A stretch of 64,000 nucleotides of DNA. It comes from Alphaproteobacteria bacterium. GTDB taxonomy: Bacteria; Pseudomonadota; Alphaproteobacteria; GCA-2731375. The notes under the pieces were generated by a model. The model was not told the DNA's origin. It saw only the letters and a program-made list of their open reading frames with translations, and made no database searches. Both the position numbers and the translations under genes were made by a program. This document shows, piece after piece, positions 57,874-64,000 of the stretch. The first letter of the stretch is position 1; each line of letters begins with the position of its first letter. The stretch lies in the NCBI GenBank assembly GCA_965232515.1, contig CBDDPY010000002.1, positions 5,248,001 to 5,312,000 of the forward strand, read 5' to 3'.

Positions 57874-59700
57874 TTACTGCGCCATTGACAGATATTCGGA
57901 ACACAGATTTTCAATTATCCAGGTTCGCTGGTTTCCCCATTCCTTTGCAGCAATTCTCCTGTCTAAATGCGCATTCCTGTTTGTCGGCTCTTCGGCCCAA
58001 TAGGCGTAATCCAGCCAGCGAGACACTCGATAAGTTACATCTGGTCGAAAGTCCTCCCATTCTGCCACTTTTTTGGCAACCTCCGGCCGGATTACATATG
58101 AATCTTTGCGATAGTGTTTGAGAAATTCAGCTACCTTCAGGGCTGTTTGTCCTCCCATTGCAAAAACCAAATCGTGACCCCATTTTTCAAACAGGAGTTT
58201 CTTAAACTCATTGTCAAGATTATCTTGATCCAGATCTCTATAGATGAGGCCCTCATCAGCTGGATCTATGATAGGACCAGTCATGTGATTTGCTTCTCGT
58301 TGAGAGTCGTACCTTGTCTTTTGTTGGTCGCCTACACTCTCTAAAGCAAACCTTTCAACAAACGCAGATCTAAACTCCTTACACATTTTTGCCAGTACCG
58401 CCTTCGATGCGGCATTAATATTGTTTGCTTTAGTCCAATCTATGGGTTCGACGCTCCAAAGCCGAAGTTTCATGCATTCATCGATTAAATTTCCGTCTTT
58501 GTCTAAGGGCTGAGTTGACTGGTAGCACTTTGCGCCAAAGCCCTCCAGTTTTAGAAGCATTTCTTTAAGTTCATCCCGCTTGGCTTTAATTTCTTGCCTG
58601 AATTCGACAATATCTGTGTTAGAGATCGAAACTGTCGCGTTGAAGATTGAACTCAGCCTTTCGACCTGATTGTTAAGCCGCCTATGCGCCTTCAAGCCAG
58701 CCTTGACCGCCTCGTCCTGGAGGCTGGATCGAGAAAACTTCGCAGCGCCAGCCAATTGGACTTCAGTTGGCCAAACCTTCTTCTCTTTGTCGAATATCGT
58801 GTCGACTATCGTCAGTTGATGGTTCCTTGCTGCAGACGTGTAAATATTCAATTCTTTGATATGATTTGACAAGGCGTTTCTCACCGCACCAAAATCTTCA
58901 TAGTCATTGGAAATTCCCGAAACAACATCTATGCTATTCGCACCTATGAAGTACCCATAAGCTGATACAGACGCGATCTTTGATAGTTTATTAAGAAAGC
59001 TTGAAAAGTCACGTCTTACCTTTCCACTGAAACTTGCGCCCTTTGCGTGGGCAGACATGCTTTCCTCAACTTCACTTATGATTTGATTAGAGATGTTTCT
59101 TGCCGAATAAACTGCGACGACAAGCGCAAACCGGTTTTGACTCGAGACAAAATGTGTACCGCATTTACTGTAAAATTCGTCCGGGCTTTCTGAATTTTTG
59201 AGTGCGGCCTTTCCTAATTCCGTAAGCTCTATCTCCGAGGCAATAACGTCCCCAAAATCAATGTCTGCAAAGAGCATCCAGTGGAGGGAGTCGGAATGAA
59301 AATCTAAATGATCAAATGTTGATTGAGAATAATTAAAGCCTCCCGAGACCGCACCAAATTTAGCATTGGCCTTTGCGGAAATACTTTCTGATACTGTGGA
59401 TATCAAATCTTGTTCGCTGGATATTTTTTTCAATCTAAACAGAGCGCTCTCAATCGGGTTCTTTAAAAGCGACTTATCAATTTTTTCCCCATTTATCTTT
59501 ATTGTTTGAATTTTGTCAGCTAAAGCTGGGATATGACTGAAGCAAAGCGTCGGATTTATTGAGATATTCCGATAATCAACACCTTGACCAAGATATACTT
59601 TTTTTGTCGGCATATATCCATCAATGCTATCAGCATATGCGGAACAACTTGCCAAGATAGACAAATAAACTAATTGGCGGAGTTTGGACTTTTTCAACAT
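57874..59700 (-). CDS. Secreted AT-rich hypothetical protein with MACPF-like motif
   Basis: Signal peptide MLKKSKLRQLVYLSILASCSAYA; EFYSKCGTHFVSS; strongly AT-rich. Confidence 0.65.
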   Translation of the reverse strand: MLKKSKLRQLVYLSILASCSAYADSIDGYMPTKKVYLGQGVDYRNISINPTLCFSHIPALADKIQTIKINGEKIDKSLLKNPIESALFRLKKISSEQDLISTVSESISAKANAKFGAVSGGFNYSQSTFDHLDFHSDSLHWMLFADIDFGDVIASEIELTELGKAALKNSESPDEFYSKCGTHFVSSQNRFALVVAVYSARNISNQIISEVEESMSAHAKGASFSGKVRRDFSSFLNKLSKIASVSAYGYFIGANSIDVVSGISNDYEDFGAVRNALSNHIKELNIYTSAARNHQLTIVDTIFDKEKKVWPTEVQLAGAAKFSRSSLQDEAVKAGLKAHRRLNNQVERLSSIFNATVSISNTDIVEFRQEIKAKRDELKEMLLKLEGFGAKCYQSTQPLDKDGNLIDECMKLRLWSVEPIDWTKANNINAASKAVLAKMCKEFRSAFVERFALESVGDQQKTRYDSQREANHMTGPIIDPADEGLIYRDLDQDNLDNEFKKLLFEKWGHDLVFAMGGQTALKVAEFLKHYRKDSYVIRPEVAKKVAEWEDFRPDVTYRVSRWLDYAYWAEEPTNRNAHLDRRIAAKEWGNQRTWIIENLCSEYLSMAQ

Positions 59701-60001
59701 CGAACTACCCTCCAAGTCTGTGCGATTCTAATGTAGATACGCACGTTGCTGATGAAATTTGAGGCGCAGTACGAGGTGCTGGAGGCGTTGGTCACCAAGT
59801 TGAATGAAACCACCACGCTGGTGGAAAACATGGAGATCTGTATGGACGCATCGCAGCATTACGACCGTAAAGAAAACCGACTTGTATTTCAATAAAAAGA
59901 AGGCGCTCCCCATGTTTGGCTCCCCTTGCCATCTGTTCGTCTTATGGGGCGTATACAAACTGCTGACTGACGTTTCTTGACACATGCTGGAAGCGCACCA
60001 G

Positions 60002-60325
60002 TCAGAACAGCGTCATCTGCCGATTCCGAGCCTCCTGCTCGATCCAAACGTCGCCCTCGGCCGCCTTGTCCAAAGCCTCGCGGATGTAATCCGCAGGCCC
60101 GCCGGCGGCCTCAATGTTCGCTGCTGGCTCAAAATGAGACAGGCACCCTGTCTCGGTGAGCGGCAATGGAGAACGCGCCGGCTCGACGCTCGTGATTTCG
60201 ATGTGCGCCATCGCCGTGCCGAACACGTCACGATAAGCTTTCGACCAATCGGCACAGTAGCGCACTTCGATGCGAATGCCGCGCCAGTCGAGGTGATGCA
60301 CCTCGCAAGGGTGGGAGGTGGTCAT
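60002..60325 (-). CDS. Conserved small plasmid/ICE hypothetical protein
   Basis: WRGIRIEVRY...HIEI.S..P...LPLTETG..SHF...GGP; overlaps the DUF2958 stop. Confidence 0.7.
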   Translation of the reverse strand: MTTSHPCEVHHLDWRGIRIEVRYCADWSKAYRDVFGTAMAHIEITSVEPARSPLPLTETGCLSHFEPAANIEAAGGPADYIREALDKAAEGDVWIEQEARNRQMTLF

Positions 60326-60681
60326 GCGACCACCTTCCCTTTGGAGCGCGCCTCGTTCGCATAGGCCGACAGAGGTTTGTCGGCTTCGAAGTAGCGGTCG
60401 CGCTCGATGCCGAGGCCGTACGGGAGCCGCACACTCGCCAGCTCGCTGATGCGGACGGAGCCAAGCTCCGGGGTGCCGAAGCCGAGGTCGCACAGACCGA
60501 AGGCGATGTCGGTATCGTCCGGGTCCAGTTCGGTCAGCAGCCAGGTGGCCGCACCGACCGGGTTAAACAGTTTCACGACGGGTCGATGGTCTAAAGGCTC
60601 GAGGCTCTCCATCAACCGCTCGTGATTGATGCGTCCGTTGCGCAGCAGCTTTCGACGGATTTCCTGTGTCAGCAGTTTCAT
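60322..60681 (-). CDS. DUF2958 family protein
   Basis: PVVKLFNPVGAATWLLTELDP..FGLCDLGFGTPELGSV.ISEL..IERDRYF. Confidence 0.85.
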   Translation of the reverse strand: MKLLTQEIRRKLLRNGRINHERLMESLEPLDHRPVVKLFNPVGAATWLLTELDPDDTDIAFGLCDLGFGTPELGSVRISELASVRLPYGLGIERDRYFEADKPLSAYANEARSKGKVVA

Positions 60682-60713
60682 CGCTGATTCTCCTATTGGG
60701 AGAGCGCGAGGGG

Positions 60714-60959
60714 CTATTGCCCCCCGGCTCCCGTGTCGTTGTCGAAGTCCGTCGGCATGCGCAGGGTCAGCTTGCCGTCGAATCTGATCGGCATGGCCTT
60801 CAGCTGGACGTTGAGGCCGTTGCCGTCCTCGTGCATCCAGGCTGCGCCGATGCGGTTCCACTGGTTGGACTTGCCGTTTCCGCGTTCCTCTACATGGAAG
60901 ACGATGAAGTCCGGGTTGTTGGTGGCCTTGTTGCCGCCAGTCTTGCGTTTGGTCGCCAT
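60714..60959 (-). CDS. Small plasmid-type hypothetical protein (WxRIGAAW motif)
   Basis: ATG after AAGGAGAG; WNRIGAAW.H.DG.G. Confidence 0.7.
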   Translation of the reverse strand: MATKRKTGGNKATNNPDFIVFHVEERGNGKSNQWNRIGAAWMHEDGNGLNVQLKAMPIRFDGKLTLRMPTDFDNDTGAGGQ

Positions 60960-61476
60960 GGTTCTCTCTCCTTTTGATCTGTTGGGCCGCGCCCATCGCG
61001 GCCTTTCCGGCTGGGCGACTTGGACGAAGAGTTGAGGGACGGACGTCATACGGTCTTCTCGGGAGACCGATTGCGGCGGAAGATCGTTGCGAACGGTCCG
61101 CTTCGGCCTATCGATTGCTGGGGAAAAAGGCCGGCGTGGGTGGCTGGCCCGTTCAAAAGGTTTGGGAGACCGCGACCGGCGAAGAGCGGCCACAAGCCCA
61201 ACTACCGGCACCGGCGGCGGCGAGAACTGCGAAGCGCGAGACCTGTGGAACGGCGGCGCCTTGCAAGGTTTGGACACGGGCACGCGCCGCGCACCGAAAG
61301 AAATGCCGATCGCCTGACAGGCGAGAAGCGAATGACTGCTTTGGCAATTAACTGCTGGTGAGAATTGCGTGTTTCAAATTGAAAGAATTGACGGCTAAAC
61401 TGCTCTACTGAAGCTGGTGCAGTAAGTGGTCAGGCACGACGGACGGTCGCGGGAACGTTCCTCGTAAGAAGGGGGA

Positions 61477-61908
61477 ATGACCATGTACTCGATCTGGTTA
61501 CCGCTGTTCTTTGTCCTGACGCTGGTGCTTGCGGTCAGGAGCTTTCTCGTACTTCGACGCAATCGCTACAATCGCGGTTGGGGAACGCGCTGGCCTCTGG
61601 CAATAGCGACGGCGCTATACACGCTGGCGGTACTTGTGTGGTGGGGCGATCCGGGACTCGGTTTCGGCTGCCTGCTCATCGGGGCCGCCTTTTCGATCGT
61701 CAATCTGATCGTGAGGTTTTTTACGCGAGGGACCCGGAAGGAACCCGCCGCTGCGCCTGAGACAGCGGCGCAACCTGGAATAGCGTCTCAATCGAGCGAC
61801 GACGGTTCGGCAACTGCGGGTCAGCAGACTAGCGCCACCGTGTCTGCATCGGTCGTATCGGCGGAAGGTGTCGGCGGGTTCGGCTCGTTCGCCGGCGCCG
61901 CGGACTGA
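61477..61908 (+). CDS. Small membrane protein upstream of the second VirD4
   Basis: Three hydrophobic segments, GGGGG RBS, low-complexity tail. Confidence 0.6.
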   Translation: MTMYSIWLPLFFVLTLVLAVRSFLVLRRNRYNRGWGTRWPLAIATALYTLAVLVWWGDPGLGFGCLLIGAAFSIVNLIVRFFTRGTRKEPAAAPETAAQPGIASQSSDDGSATAGQQTSATVSASVVSAEGVGGFGSFAGAAD

Positions 61909-61918
61909 GGGGGATCGC

Positions 61919-63745
61919 ATGTCGCTTTCGAACATGTTCATTCAGATGGCTCAGAGGAAGCTGACGGAGAAGGCTTTCGAGGGCGGCTCGCGGATAGGCT
62001 TCAGTGTGGCGCTTAAACGACATGCTGAACAGCTGGGAGACGCCGGCACAGCGCGCGCCCGAGAGGCGTTCGATCACTATCTGAAACACACAGGTGATTC
62101 TGGACTCGCGACGGAACTCGCCATCGAAGAAGCCTATGAATGGTTGCGGAAGCAACAGGAGCCGGAACCGGCCCCGGACATGCACGGCTCGGCCCGGTGG
62201 GCCTATTTCTCGGAGTTGGAACGCGGAGGACTACTCGGCGACCCGTACGAGATGGACAACCTTTCCAGCCGGATCGGTTTGGGCAAGCTTGCCGTCGCCC
62301 AAAACGATTCGGGCCAGTCAGCCGAAAACCTGAACAACGAAGTTTTCTGGTCGGGCGAAGGACCGATGCTCACCGTGGCTCCGACACGGTCGGGCAAGGG
62401 TATGAGCCAGATCGTTCCGACGCTGTTGCGCTATCCTGGCAGCGTGCTGGTGATGGACCCGAAGGGTGAGAACTACAGACTCACGGCGGGCTACCGCCAC
62501 ATTCAGGGTTCGCGCATTTTCAAGCTGGACCCGTTCAATGTCCTGAACGGAACGAAGGATGCCAACGATCCAATCGACTACGGTGAGACGGACGCGTTCA
62601 ACCCGCTGGACTATCTGCGCACCGAAAGCGATGCGCGTACACTTGCCCACCTGCTGCATCCGCCGGTCCCGGCGGGCCAGTCGGCTGGCGCGAAGTTCTT
62701 CGCGGACGAAGCGATCAACTTTCTCACTGCGGTGATCCTGTTCGTCAGCCAATCCGCTTCACGAAAGAACCTGGCTGAAGTCCGGCGTGTGACGACGCTG
62801 GACCCTGAGGATCAGAAAAACTTCCTCGCGGCGATGGCGAAGAGCGACAACGACACCGTCGCCAGTGAAGGCAAACTCGCCCTTCAGAAGCCGCGAGACA
62901 AGCGTGTGGAGCTTTTCCGCAGCCTGAACTCGGAGCTGGCCATCTGGAGCGAGAAAGCCCTCCAGAAAGCGACAGAGCGCTCCGACTTCAACTTCGCCGA
63001 CATGAAGGACGAAACGATCACGGTCTACGTGATCCTGCCGTTCGATCAGATGGAGGCGTTCAGCAGCTTCATTCGCATCGTGTTCACGACGGCGATCGGC
63101 GCGATGCTGAAAAGCCAGCGCAACCTTCAAATACCGGTTCTCTTCCTGATGGACGAGTTTCCAAGCATGGGTGCGCAGGACAAGATCGTCGACAGCGTGA
63201 GTTACCTTTCGGGCTACGACGTACGTCTGTGGATCATCACGCAGACGATCAAGCGACTGACGGACACCTACCCGACAAAGTGGGAGGACCTGATTGAACA
63301 GGCTGCGGTCAAAACCTTCATGGACGCCCGCACCTCGACAGCCGAGCTGGTGTCACGTTGGATGGGGCTTTCGACGGTGGCGTACGAAACGAAGAGTTCC
63401 GGGTTTTCGTCCAGCTACTCGTCAGCACGGGAACCGTTTTCGACTGGCGCTGCTGGCGGCGGCGAAAGCCAGACGACGGGCATGGCCTATACGGGCAGAC
63501 CGCTGATGACGCCTGATGAAGTGCAGGAGTGGTTCGGACGCAAGTACCAGAGCCATCCGAATCTCGGCTTGCTGACCGCCTGCTTCGTCGAAGGCCAGCG
63601 GCCTTTCGCGACCATGCGTCCGTTCTGGTTCCTGAACCCGTCGCACACGGCGATGGTGGAGCGTGGCCGCGATCATCTCGGGGGACTGGCGCCGGGCGCA
63701 TGGCGCGAAAAAGCCAGCGGTTCAGCGGCCAAGCGAGCGATCTGA
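61919..63745 (+). CDS. Second VirD4/TraG-like coupling protein
   Basis: HGSARWA, APTRSGKG, MDPKGEN, FNPLD, LMDEFPSMG, GRPLMTPDEV; N-terminus not hydrophobic. Confidence 0.85.
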   Translation: MSLSNMFIQMAQRKLTEKAFEGGSRIGFSVALKRHAEQLGDAGTARAREAFDHYLKHTGDSGLATELAIEEAYEWLRKQQEPEPAPDMHGSARWAYFSELERGGLLGDPYEMDNLSSRIGLGKLAVAQNDSGQSAENLNNEVFWSGEGPMLTVAPTRSGKGMSQIVPTLLRYPGSVLVMDPKGENYRLTAGYRHIQGSRIFKLDPFNVLNGTKDANDPIDYGETDAFNPLDYLRTESDARTLAHLLHPPVPAGQSAGAKFFADEAINFLTAVILFVSQSASRKNLAEVRRVTTLDPEDQKNFLAAMAKSDNDTVASEGKLALQKPRDKRVELFRSLNSELAIWSEKALQKATERSDFNFADMKDETITVYVILPFDQMEAFSSFIRIVFTTAIGAMLKSQRNLQIPVLFLMDEFPSMGAQDKIVDSVSYLSGYDVRLWIITQTIKRLTDTYPTKWEDLIEQAAVKTFMDARTSTAELVSRWMGLSTVAYETKSSGFSSSYSSAREPFSTGAAGGGESQTTGMAYTGRPLMTPDEVQEWFGRKYQSHPNLGLLTACFVEGQRPFATMRPFWFLNPSHTAMVERGRDHLGGLAPGAWREKASGSAAKRAI

Positions 63746-64000
63746 TCGAAAAGCTGGACGAACATCGAAAGCAACTGGATTACTCGTACGGCTAAGCGCG
63801 GCAAATTTACCTCTGCTTGTCACGTGATCTGTCCTCGCGCTCTTCTTGGCGCATATCATCGCGAAGGTCTGGTTCCTGCTCCCTGACGCTCTCCCACCAG
63901 CGATCGTTATCGGAGCCCTGATCGTCGCGCCGCCCTTCTGTCTCGGATCGAGACACCTCGCGCGTTTGATCGCGTGCCGAACCGTCCTCGTGGCGGGCAT

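Larger units (their letters stand above)
41593..64000. mobile_element. Integrative mobilizable element (continues beyond window; may be composite)
   Basis: tRNA remnant, integrase, hipBA, VirD4, MOBQ relaxase with oriT, ardC, DUF2958. Confidence 0.7.

Noticed and set aside
59728-59985. 85-aa ORF upstream of the MACPF-like gene
   Set aside because: No RBS or motif; likely promoter or junction DNA.
63825-64000. Hydrophobic plus-strand frame at the window edge
   Set aside because: Too short and truncated to support a gene call.

Overview
High-GC alphaproteobacterial chromosome window in two parts. The left part (1-33.8 kb) is metabolic and housekeeping DNA: a MarR/cytochrome P450 pair, LysR-MFS-GNAT, a complete smo/mtlK polyol operon, and a LysR-adjacent isoprene/alkene oxidation cluster (isoG-isoH-isoI-isoABCDEF, no isoJ, followed by an aldehyde-dehydrogenase-fold gene lacking its catalytic residues). 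It also holds mcd, a candidate attenuator in front of an ACT-domain gene, an IS5-family element inside a REP-like palindrome, gluQ, hydrolases, HNH, coq7, dsbB and yqaA. The right part (33.8-64 kb) is accessory DNA. It starts at a truncated tRNA-Leu(CAA), followed by an integrase, a different intact tRNA-Leu(CAA), a compact DNA phosphorothioation module (dndC, a 68-aa gene, dndD, DndE-ATPase fusion) with no known restriction partner in the window, and a convergent membrane-domain/methyltransferase fusion. A second integrative mobilizable element then begins at a tRNA-Thr(CGT) remnant: integrase, hipBA, a HEPN-like gene, VirD4, MOBQ relaxase with oriT, and a predicted leading region with YhaN/YhaO, ArdC, DUF2958, a MACPF-like orphan and a second VirD4. 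All assignments come from motif recognition and recalled family knowledge; no database searches were run.
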